DNA from: Thermoplasmata archaeon
Lineage (GTDB): Archaea; Thermoplasmatota; Thermoplasmata; Lutacidiplasmatales; UBA184
DNA: 64,000 bases
Assembly: GCA_022750195.1 (NCBI GenBank)
Contig: JAKIWE010000006.1
Location: 3,295 to 67,294, forward strand
Direction: 5' to 3'
The stretch's first letter is position 1. Each line of letters opens with the position of its first letter. The translations under genes and the position numbers were made by a program. The notes under the pieces are model-generated. The model did not search any database, was not told where the DNA came from, and worked only from the letters and a program-made list of their open reading frames with translations. Shown here piece by piece: positions 50,512-58,594 of the stretch.

Positions 50512-50613
50512 TGCAGGTGCCGGGAGTTCCGCGGCGGCCGCGGGGCGGTCGACCGGTTCGAACCCGGGTGATCAGCTTGGAGGGCTGATATCCTACCGCT
50601 AGATTACACCTGC
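50512..50613 (-). tRNA. tRNA-Gly(UCC) with a 31-nt intron at 59/60 (50526-50556)
   Basis: GCAGGTG/CACCTGC plus A73, D stem ATCT/GGAT, anticodon arm TCAGC-CCTCCAA-GCTGA, T stem CCGGG/CCCGG with a BHB-bounded insert in the T loop. Confidence 0.88.
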
Positions 50614-50651
50614 ATCGCCGCCGGACGCGAGGCATCGACCCGCGTCCGAGG

Positions 50652-51224
50652 CTATGAGTCTTCGCTTGACGGCGCGTCGCCGTGGCGCACCGCGCCGAGG
50701 TCGACGAGCGCCACGCGCTCGAGCACCAGTCCTTCCCAGGACGACGCGGTGAGCACGGCCCGTTCCTCCACGGCTATCCCGAGCCGTTCGAGCAGCGCTT
50801 CGTTCACCGCGCGGGGATAGGCGGACGGGTCCGGCTCCAGCCCGAGAGCTTCGAGCAGGGCCTCGAGGGGGCGCGGTCGCTCCGTGACCAGGACGAACGC
50901 GCTCGTTCGGTCGGAGAATCCGACCTTCGCTAACGCTCGCGGCAGCTGGTCGTCGCCCGCGACGAACAGGGCCAGCTCGGCGCTGCGGTCGCGCAACCGG
51001 GTCGTGCCCCGGGACCGGGAGCGTCCGAGGTGGGCCCAGGCCGACAGCAGATGGCGTTCGCCGGCGATCGCATCGGCGTCGAAGAGCGCGACGAGTTCCT
51101 TGCCTTCCGACCCCAAGCGACGCAGGAGGACGATGAGCTCCTTGGTCGTCGGCGCTCCGGCGACGCGGCGACGGGCGCCGACGGCCACGATCGGCCTCTC
51201 ACCGGCCGGTGGAAGGGGCGCCAA
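50652..51224 (-). CDS. KEOPS complex subunit Cgi121-like
   Basis: LFDADAIAGERHL, ELALFVAGDDQLPRALAKVG, LVLERVAL. Confidence 0.8.
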   Translation of the reverse strand: MAPLPPAGERPIVAVGARRRVAGAPTTKELIVLLRRLGSEGKELVALFDADAIAGERHLLSAWAHLGRSRSRGTTRLRDRSAELALFVAGDDQLPRALAKVGFSDRTSAFVLVTERPRPLEALLEALGLEPDPSAYPRAVNEALLERLGIAVEERAVLTASSWEGLVLERVALVDLGAVRHGDAPSSEDS

Positions 51225-51231
51225 GGGAGTC

Positions 51232-51867
51232 TCACTCCTTCAGGATGGCGAGGAACTGCTCCCGGGTCCGCGGCGCGAGCGTGTAGTTCTCGCGCTTCTC
51301 CCGGCCGATCGTCGACGTAGGGCTGGTCCCGTAGTCGTGACCCGGGAGCACGACGAGCGCGTCGTCGAGGGTCTTCACCCTGCCGTGGAGGCTGTCGTAC
51401 ATCTGGGACGGGTCCCCTCCGGGGAGGTCGGTCCGGCCGCATTCGCCGACGAACAAGGTGTCGCCAGTCGCAACGTGACCTTCGAAGATGTAGAGCACGC
51501 TATCCCGTGTGTGACCCGGAGTGTGAACGACCTCGATCTTGAGCCGCCCGGACTCGATCACGCTCCCGTCGTCGACGGAGACGTCCTGGCGGAGGGGAGC
51601 GACCCGGTGAGCGACCACTTTCGCCCCGGTGCGCTCCCGGACCTCCTCGTTGCCCGCGACGTGGTCCCGGTGGCTGTGCGTGTTGAGGATGAACCGGACC
51701 TTGACGCCATGGCGATCGATGGACGCAAGGACCGGCTCGATCCCGAACGACGGGTCGATGACCACCCCTTCCCCTCCCTCGGAGTCGGCCACGAGGTACG
51801 TGAAGTTCTGCATCGGCCCGACCTGCCGCTGCTCGAGGAACACAGTTTCGCCGAGTTCCCTGTGCAT
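51232..51867 (-). CDS. MBL-fold hydrolase (glyoxalase II-like)
   Basis: THSHRDH, HTPGHT, TGDTLF, PGHDY. Confidence 0.93.
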   Translation of the reverse strand: MHRELGETVFLEQRQVGPMQNFTYLVADSEGGEGVVIDPSFGIEPVLASIDRHGVKVRFILNTHSHRDHVAGNEEVRERTGAKVVAHRVAPLRQDVSVDDGSVIESGRLKIEVVHTPGHTRDSVLYIFEGHVATGDTLFVGECGRTDLPGGDPSQMYDSLHGRVKTLDDALVVLPGHDYGTSPTSTIGREKRENYTLAPRTREQFLAILKE

Positions 51868-51927
51868 ATTTGACGGTGGGGTGCGAGCTATTCGCACGGT
51901 TTATCGGCCGGACCGAATAGCCCGCGC

Positions 51928-53160
51928 GTGAGTGCGTCGGCCGAAGGGCGCCGTCGTTCCCGGGCGGCGATCCCTGTCTCCTCGGACCAAGTGACGGCCT
52001 TTCGGCTGAAACGCCACCACCTCCTCGATCGCGCTCCACTGTCTTCGCTCGCCTCCGTCGTGGCCGACATGGGTGGGGCCCAGGCACAGCTCCTCGCCGC
52101 CGCGGAGCTGTCTCTGTGGGCCCGCGTCCGCGATCTACCCCCCGGAGCCGTCGACGTCGCCCTCTGGAAACGGAGGGCTTTGGCCAAGGCGTGGTGCATG
52201 CGGCGGACCCTGTTCTTGCTTCCTTCGAAGGAGCTCGCGATCTACGTACGCGGCTCGGCCCGTCGGGCTGAGAAGGAAATCCGGTGGGTCCTCAATCGAG
52301 GATTCCCAGCGGAGAAGCTCGAGCGCCTGTTGGCGACCGCCCTCGCCTCGCTCGACGAACCACAGACCCGGACCGAGCTGGCCGAGAAGGTCGGGCGGTC
52401 GCTTGGGCTTCGGCTCCGCCAGCAACCCGGTGGCGGATGGGGGGGGCGACGACCCATGCCCTGCGTCGAGGTCGGCAAGCAGTACTTTCCGGCCGACTAT
52501 CTCCTTCACCTGGTCGGGGCCCGGGGGGTCGTCTGCTCCGGGCCGACTCGAGGGGGCGAGGCGACTTTCGTCCGCGCCGACGCCTGGATCCGGTCGTTTC
52601 GTGATTGGGCCCCCGAGCGAGCCGAAGAGGAGCTCCTCCGGCGGTACCTTCGAGCCTTCGGACCCGCCACCGTAGCGGATTTCGTCGCGTGGACGCGGAT
52701 GCGACACTCCGATGCCCGCGGCATCTGGGCTCGCGTGGAGGCAGAGCTCGCTGAGGTCGCCGTCGAGGGCTCGCCGGCCTGGATCGTACGACGCGATCTG
52801 CCCGAGCTTCAACGCGCCGCAATTAACGAAGTCTCGGTCCGGCTCCTGCCGTACTTCGATTCGTTCGTCTTGGGCCACATGGAGCGGGGCCACCTTCTCG
52901 AGGCGAAGCACCACCGCCGAGTGTACCGCGACCAAGGGTGGATCGCCCCGGTACTCCTGGTCGACGGTCGCGTCGCCGGCGTCTGGTCCCACGCCCGCAA
53001 GGGGTCCCGTCTTTCGGTTCAGGTCGAGCCGTTCGAGAACGTCGCCAAGGAGGTTCAGCGCCGCATCCGCGAGGAGGTGGCGACGCTCGCCAATTTCCTA
53101 GGGGCCACCGAAGCGACGACTCGGTTCTCAACTCTCCGTACCGGGGCCCGCGCCCTTTGA
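51928..53160 (+). CDS. AlkZ-like (HTH_42) winged-helix DNA glycosylase
   Basis: GAQAQ (QxQ), WCMRRTL, RRYLRAFGPAT..DF..W, RLLPYFD, LVDGRVAGVW. Confidence 0.9.
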   Translation: MSASAEGRRRSRAAIPVSSDQVTAFRLKRHHLLDRAPLSSLASVVADMGGAQAQLLAAAELSLWARVRDLPPGAVDVALWKRRALAKAWCMRRTLFLLPSKELAIYVRGSARRAEKEIRWVLNRGFPAEKLERLLATALASLDEPQTRTELAEKVGRSLGLRLRQQPGGGWGGRRPMPCVEVGKQYFPADYLLHLVGARGVVCSGPTRGGEATFVRADAWIRSFRDWAPERAEEELLRRYLRAFGPATVADFVAWTRMRHSDARGIWARVEAELAEVAVEGSPAWIVRRDLPELQRAAINEVSVRLLPYFDSFVLGHMERGHLLEAKHHRRVYRDQGWIAPVLLVDGRVAGVWSHARKGSRLSVQVEPFENVAKEVQRRIREEVATLANFLGATEATTRFSTLRTGARAL

Positions 53161-53222
53161 CGTACGGTTCGCCATCCTCGGGTTCCGAGGGCCGGGGCGT
53201 CTCGGGGCCGGCAGAACCGAGG

Positions 53223-54140
53223 CTAGCGCGCTTCGTCGAGCTCGGCCACCGGGCCACCGCTCACGGCGTCGACCACGACGCGGCCCCCGGAGCTCTCGGC
53301 GTACCAGAACGGCACGTGAAGCACGACCGCCGTGCCGATCGCCAGGTCGGAGGGACCGGGCGGGACCTTGCGCCGTTCGATGATCAGCGCGCCCGCGTGC
53401 TGTTCCGTGTGGTCGACGCTGACGGTGTGATGACGACGAAGGGCCGACTCCGCTCGCTCGCGTGCTTCGTGCTCGGAGAGCGTCGGTTCGAGCCTCTCGG
53501 AAGGGAGCTCGATCTCCTCGACCAGGTCTCGCTCCCCGACCTCCCAGACGTCGACGCGCCCGGACAAGGCGTTGACCGCGACCAGGTGGTCCGCGATGGT
53601 GCCCGGCCGCCCGTGGGGGGTTGGGGTCCGCACCCGGTAGGGGGCCACGTAGAACGGCACGAGTCGTAGCACGTATCGACCTTCCTCTACGCCCGCCACC
53701 GTCCGAGCGTCCTCCTCGGAGAGCCGAGGCCGCACCGTCCGGGTCTGCGTCGGGACGAAGGAGGGGGGCGGCTCGAGCGGCCCTTCCCCTTCCTCGGCGT
53801 CGTCGGTGTCACGGACCAGGGCGACCGGAGAGGGGAGCAGCAGCTCCCCCATCGCGGGTCCGAGCGTCTGAGCGTCGAGCACCTCGAGGCCGCGCTCGGA
53901 GGCGACGGAGCGAGCGGCCGGGCCGGGGTCCTCCGTGTAGATGATCGTGCGGTGCAGGGAATCCGGGGGAAACTCGAGCTCGACCTCCGCCGGGGAGGGG
54001 GAGCCCGCGACGACGAGAACAACTCGTCGGTCGCGATTGCGGACCGCCTTGAGACCCGCGGGGCGATCCTCGAGGCGGTAGCCGGCAGCATCGAGGAGCC
54101 GGCGCAACAGCGACGTGCGCGTGCCGGACTCGCCCATCAT
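53223..54140 (-). CDS. Hypothetical protein with internally duplicated C-terminal domain
   Basis: Coding-like codon usage; two copies of P.LSE..AR...VPF[YW]...V[ND]A.SG. Confidence 0.75.
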   Translation of the reverse strand: MMGESGTRTSLLRRLLDAAGYRLEDRPAGLKAVRNRDRRVVLVVAGSPSPAEVELEFPPDSLHRTIIYTEDPGPAARSVASERGLEVLDAQTLGPAMGELLLPSPVALVRDTDDAEEGEGPLEPPPSFVPTQTRTVRPRLSEEDARTVAGVEEGRYVLRLVPFYVAPYRVRTPTPHGRPGTIADHLVAVNALSGRVDVWEVGERDLVEEIELPSERLEPTLSEHEARERAESALRRHHTVSVDHTEQHAGALIIERRKVPPGPSDLAIGTAVVLHVPFWYAESSGGRVVVDAVSGGPVAELDEAR

Positions 54141-54244
54141 GTGCGCGACGCTGCGCCAGATTAATCTGGCTATCGCCGGATTCGCAGCGCCTCCCGGACG
54201 TCCGGTGTCGGAACTTCCAAGGGAGGGGGTGTCGTGCCGCTCGC

Positions 54245-55063
54245 GTGGAGCGGTACCGGGTCGGCTGCTCGGGGTGGGGGTACGACGACTGGGTCGGCCC
54301 GTTCTACCCTCCGGGGACCCCCGCGGGCGATTACCTCAGCCGCTACGCCCGCGTCTTCGACCTCGCCGAGGTCGATTCGTCGTTCTACCGTGCTCCGACC
54401 CCGTTCCTGACCCGACGGTGGGCCACCACCACCCCCGACCGGTTCACCTTCACGCTGAAGGTTCCCCGGGCGCTCATCGATGCGACCCCTGCCGAGATCC
54501 CGGCAGGGGTCGAGTCGTTCTGTCGGGCGATCGAGCCGCTCGTCGAGGCCGGCAAGATGGGGGGGTTGGTCGCCCAGTACCCGCCTTCCTTCCGCCGAGA
54601 GACCGGCTTGCTCCGGCTCGAGGCGATGCTGGAGTTCGTGCCGGCCGACCTTCCGCTGGCGGTCGAGCTCCGTCACGGCAGCTGGTGGGTGCCGGCGACC
54701 CGGGCAGCGCTCCAGGCAAGGAGCGCGACCCTCGTCTGGTCGGTCGCGCCGGGGGTCCGTCCGCCGTTCTGGATCACGGGGAGCACCGCGTACGTCCGAT
54801 TCCTCGGGGACCGGGCGCTCACGAAGTTCGACCACCTTCAGCGCGACTACCGAGAGGAGATGGAAGTGATGCGAAAGCACCTCGAGGACGAAGGTCGGTC
54901 GGCCCAGGAGGCCTTCCTCCTCGTGAACAACCACTTCATGGGTTACGGCCCCGGGACCGCCCAGGTGCTGCGCGAGGTCCTCGGGCTCCCCCCGCTCGAC
55001 ATGACTCTGGCTCGGACCGCTCCAGGGCAACGACAGCTCGGAGAGGCCGGCGCGTTCGACTAG
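54245..55063 (+). CDS. DUF72 family protein
   Basis: VGCSGWGYDDWVGPFYP, EVDSSFY, QYPPSF, VELRH, YVRFLG, NNHF. Confidence 0.93.
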   Translation: MERYRVGCSGWGYDDWVGPFYPPGTPAGDYLSRYARVFDLAEVDSSFYRAPTPFLTRRWATTTPDRFTFTLKVPRALIDATPAEIPAGVESFCRAIEPLVEAGKMGGLVAQYPPSFRRETGLLRLEAMLEFVPADLPLAVELRHGSWWVPATRAALQARSATLVWSVAPGVRPPFWITGSTAYVRFLGDRALTKFDHLQRDYREEMEVMRKHLEDEGRSAQEAFLLVNNHFMGYGPGTAQVLREVLGLPPLDMTLARTAPGQRQLGEAGAFD

Positions 55064-55139
55064 CTTGACCCGAGGGGCGCGGGTCCGTCGTCAGGAGGCC
55101 CGCGGAGGTTGCTTTGAATACCGGGCGCCAGGTCCCTGA

Positions 55140-55859
55140 GTGGAGCGTGACGGCCGTCGGCCGACCCGGGTGAGCGGAGCAACGGCGAGCCCTACCCCCC
55201 CGGCGTCGCCGGAGGAGTTGGGCACGGTGACCACCGAGATCCGCCGACTCGGCGAGTCGGTACGCGGGCGGCTCGAGGAGGAGCGGGACTGGCTCGTTCG
55301 AGGGATCGGCCTGGTGGTCCTCGCCGCGACGTATCTGCAGACCGTCCCCCTGCTGTTCGTCATCCCCGTGAGCGGTGAGTGGCGCGTCATCGACACTGGA
55401 GTCGTCGCGTGCACCTCCGCGCTCGGTCTGCTGCTGCTGCTCGCTCCGCGGTGGATTCGGGAGGGCTTCGCCCGACTGTTCCGCCTACGACCTCCCCCGG
55501 TCCCGGCCCCGTCGAGCGTTGTGGCCGAAGCGATCCGGCAGGTCCTGGTCAACGAGGGCGAGATCGAGGAGATCAGCACCCTCGCCAACGTGACGTCGAT
55601 CCTCCTCGTGGTGCTCGTGACCATCGCGACCGTGCTCGGGGTCCTGGGCCTGTTCGCGACGCTCTCGGGAGTGATCCCTGGGTTCGGTCTCTTCGTCGTC
55701 GCTCTGGTCGGGCTCGGCGTGGCGGCGGCGATCATCGTGGTGGCAACGATCCTGCTGCTGCGGTGGCGGCACCACGCGCTTCGCGAGCTCGATCGGGAGA
55801 ACGCCTGGCGTTGGGGGGAGCTCGGGCGCCTCCAACGGGAATTCTGGCAGAGGTACTGA
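55140..55859 (+). CDS. Membrane protein, hypothetical (4 TM)
   Basis: Four hydrophobic helices; stop 4 nt before the wHTH gene; start uncertain. Confidence 0.65.
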   Translation: MERDGRRPTRVSGATASPTPPASPEELGTVTTEIRRLGESVRGRLEEERDWLVRGIGLVVLAATYLQTVPLLFVIPVSGEWRVIDTGVVACTSALGLLLLLAPRWIREGFARLFRLRPPPVPAPSSVVAEAIRQVLVNEGEIEEISTLANVTSILLVVLVTIATVLGVLGLFATLSGVIPGFGLFVVALVGLGVAAAIIVVATILLLRWRHHALRELDRENAWRWGELGRLQREFWQRY

Positions 55860-55863
55860 CCGG

Positions 55864-56157
55864 ATGGCCGGGCCGATCCAGCGGCCGGACCTCTACGTCG
55901 TCGCCCGTATCCTGGAGACCCTCTGCACCCGGGAGCGCCGGCTGGGCCGGACCCAGCTCCAACTGGCCTCGGGAGTGAACTACAGCCAATTCGCTCGGTA
56001 CCTGGAATTTCTGCAGCAGCGAGGGCTCGTCACTCTCAGGACGGTGGATGACGGAGCCGAGTCGATCGACCTGACCCCCAAGGGGTACGATGCGATGATG
56101 TTCATCGCGAAAGCGATTCGCGACCTTCTGGGCGACGATTACGTCAAGCGCCGGTAA
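55864..56157 (+). CDS. Winged helix-turn-helix transcriptional regulator
   Basis: TQLQLASGVNYSQFARYLEFLQQRGLV...LTPKG. Confidence 0.88.
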   Translation: MAGPIQRPDLYVVARILETLCTRERRLGRTQLQLASGVNYSQFARYLEFLQQRGLVTLRTVDDGAESIDLTPKGYDAMMFIAKAIRDLLGDDYVKRR

Positions 56158-56205
56158 GCCGGCACGTCCACCGGGCCTGCCCGGGCGAGCGCGTGCGAGC
56201 ATAGC

Positions 56206-56214
56206 TATTTAAAT
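56206..56214 (+). promoter_or_regulatory. TATA box of cdc48
   Basis: TATTTAAAT about 29 nt before ATG 56243, implying a short or absent leader. Confidence 0.6.
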
Positions 56215-56242
56215 CGACTTGAGGTTGAATCGCCACCCTCGA

Positions 56243-58465
56243 ATGGTAGAGGCTCTCACCCTCCGGGTCGCCGAGGCGTTCCAGCAGGACATCGGGTTGG
56301 GGACCGCCCGCCTCGACGTCGGAACGCGTTCCCGCCTCAAGGTCGGCATCGGCGATGTGGTCGAGATCCGCGGACGAAAGACCACGGCCGCGGTCGTCAG
56401 CCGCGCCCCGCCCGACGACGAGGGGAAGAGCCTGGTCCGTATCGAGGCCGTCGTCCGGCGGAACGCCGGGGTGAGCATCGGCGACCGCGTGCTCGTCCAG
56501 CGGGCCGACTGTCCGATCGCGGAATCGATCACGATCGCCCCGATCTACTCCGGCTCGGCGAAGATGGACCTGGGCCCCGGGCTCGAGCAGTTCGTCTCGA
56601 AGGCGCTGACGCGCCGGCCCTTCGTCCGCGGGGACGTCTTCGTCATTCCCGGGGTCTTCCTGATGGGCGGGTCGCTCCCGTTCATGGTCGTCGCGACCCA
56701 TCCGAAAGGAACGGTCCAGGTCGGACCGACGACCCTCATCACGATCAAGGAAGAGACGGTCACCGAGACCGAGGTCGCCGCGCCGCGCGTCGCCTACGAA
56801 GACATTGGGGGACTGAAGGAGAAGCTCGGTCGCGTCCGCGAGATGATCGAGCTGCCGCTCAAGCATCCGGAGCTGTTCGACCGGCTCGCGATCTCCCCGC
56901 CGAAGGGGGTGCTCCTGTACGGCCCCCCCGGGACCGGCAAGACGCTGATCGCCAAGGCGGTCGCGAACGAGGCCGGGGCGCACTTCATCGGCATCCAGGG
57001 CCCCGAGATCATCTCGAAGTACTACGGGGAGAGCGAGAAGGAGCTCCGCGAGAAGTTCGAGGAGGCCGAGAAGAACGCGCCGTCGGTGATCTTCATCGAC
57101 GAGCTCGACTCGATCGCCCCCCGGCGGGACGAGGTCGTCGGCGAGGTCGAGCGGCGCGTGGTCGCCCAGCTCCTGACCCTGATGGACGGTCTCTCCGGAC
57201 GAGGGAACGTCATCGTCATCGCGGCCACGAACCGCGAGGAGGCGATTGACCCGGCGCTGCGACGGCCGGGCCGCTTCGACCGGGAGATCGAGATCGGCGT
57301 CCCGACACAGGCCGGCCGCCTCGAGATCCTCATGATCCACACCCGGGGGATGCCGATCGAAGGGGGCGAGAAGGACCGCGACCGGATGCTCAAGGAGCTC
57401 GCCGCGCAGAGCCACGGGTTCGTCGGCGCCGACCTAGCGGCCCTCGCCCGCGAGGCGGCGATGCGGGCGCTGCGCCGCTTCCTGCCCGAGATCGACTTCG
57501 AGCAGCCGATCCCGCTATCGCTGCTCGAGCGGATGAAGGTCATCGACCGCGACTTCCGCGAGGCGCTCAAGGAGATCGAGCCGTCGAGCCTGCGCGACGT
57601 CGCGGTCGAGATCCCCTCGACGAAATGGGAGGAGGTCGGAGGGCTCGACCGGATCAAGCAGGCCCTGCGCGAGTCCGTCGAACTCCCGTTCAAGAGTCCC
57701 CAAGTGTACCGGAACCTCGGCATCGACCCCCCGCGCGGGATCCTGCTCTACGGACCGCCGGGCGTCGGCAAGACGCTGCTCGCGAAGGCGGCCGCCACCG
57801 AGAGTCAGGCCAATTTCATCTCCGTGAAAGGCCCCGAGGTGATGAGCAAGTGGGTCGGAGAGAGCGAGAAGGCGATCCGGGTGATCTTCAAGAAGGCCCG
57901 CCAGGCCTCGCCGGCGATCGTCTTCATCGATGAGATCGATTCGATCGCCCCGCGCCGCGGCCTGCAGACCTCGAGCGGCGTCACCGAGCGGATCGTCAAC
58001 CAGCTGCTCACGTCGATCGACGGCCTCGAATCGCTGGAGCGAGTCCTGGTCCTCGCCGCGACGAACCGACCGGACATCCTCGACGAGGCGCTCCTCCGCA
58101 CCGGGCGATTCGACCGGCTCCTGTTCGTCGAGCCGCCCGACCTCGCCGGACGGCTCGAGATCCTCAAGGTCCACACCCGCAAGATGCCACTCGCCGACGT
58201 CTCGCTCCCGGAGCTCGCTCAACGGACGACCGGGTTCGTCGGAAGCGACCTGGCCGCCCTGTGCCGGGAGGCGGGGCTCGTGGCGATCCGCGAGAGCCTG
58301 AAGGCCACGAAGGTGACGACGGCGCACTTCGAGGCCGCTCTCAAGCTGGTGCACGGCTCCGTGGACCCGGACTCTCTCAAGTTCTACGAAGAGTTCGGCC
58401 GGCAGCTGAACCGCGACCGCGTCGCCCGTCGTCGGGAAGAGGCGGCTCCGACCATCTACCGGTAG
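56243..58465 (+). CDS. Cdc48/VAT AAA+ ATPase
   Basis: N domain plus two AAA modules (GPPGTGKT, GPPGVGKT; IDELD, IDEID; RPGRFDR). Confidence 0.97.
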   Translation: MVEALTLRVAEAFQQDIGLGTARLDVGTRSRLKVGIGDVVEIRGRKTTAAVVSRAPPDDEGKSLVRIEAVVRRNAGVSIGDRVLVQRADCPIAESITIAPIYSGSAKMDLGPGLEQFVSKALTRRPFVRGDVFVIPGVFLMGGSLPFMVVATHPKGTVQVGPTTLITIKEETVTETEVAAPRVAYEDIGGLKEKLGRVREMIELPLKHPELFDRLAISPPKGVLLYGPPGTGKTLIAKAVANEAGAHFIGIQGPEIISKYYGESEKELREKFEEAEKNAPSVIFIDELDSIAPRRDEVVGEVERRVVAQLLTLMDGLSGRGNVIVIAATNREEAIDPALRRPGRFDREIEIGVPTQAGRLEILMIHTRGMPIEGGEKDRDRMLKELAAQSHGFVGADLAALAREAAMRALRRFLPEIDFEQPIPLSLLERMKVIDRDFREALKEIEPSSLRDVAVEIPSTKWEEVGGLDRIKQALRESVELPFKSPQVYRNLGIDPPRGILLYGPPGVGKTLLAKAAATESQANFISVKGPEVMSKWVGESEKAIRVIFKKARQASPAIVFIDEIDSIAPRRGLQTSSGVTERIVNQLLTSIDGLESLERVLVLAATNRPDILDEALLRTGRFDRLLFVEPPDLAGRLEILKVHTRKMPLADVSLPELAQRTTGFVGSDLAALCREAGLVAIRESLKATKVTTAHFEAALKLVHGSVDPDSLKFYEEFGRQLNRDRVARRREEAAPTIYR

Positions 58466-58523
58466 CCCGCCCGCTCCCCCGTTTTTCTGACGGAGTTATC
58501 CGCACTTTTTTCGCCGGGCAAGC

Positions 58524-58530
58524 TATATTA
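58524..58530 (+). promoter_or_regulatory. TATA box of the large surface protein gene
   Basis: TATATTA about 65 nt upstream of ATG 58595. Confidence 0.5.
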
Positions 58531-58594
58531 GGGGGGCCTAAGTTCGCCGCGCGCCCCCCGATAGGGGACGGCTGGAAAAGGGACGTGAAACACG

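Noticed and set aside
12910-50582. A general C-to-U RNA editing system explaining ACG/CTG starts and tRNA C33 together
   Set aside because: No deaminase gene in the window, conserved protein motifs need no editing, and GC-biased mutation explains the same changes more simply. Only an RNA-versus-DNA comparison could revive it.
50357-50613. tRNA pair as an integration site for a mobile element
   Set aside because: No integrase and no duplicated tRNA 3' end seen; flanking genes are housekeeping.
50372-50635. Short ORFs 50372..50602 and 50426..50635
   Set aside because: They overlap tRNA-Ser and tRNA-Gly.
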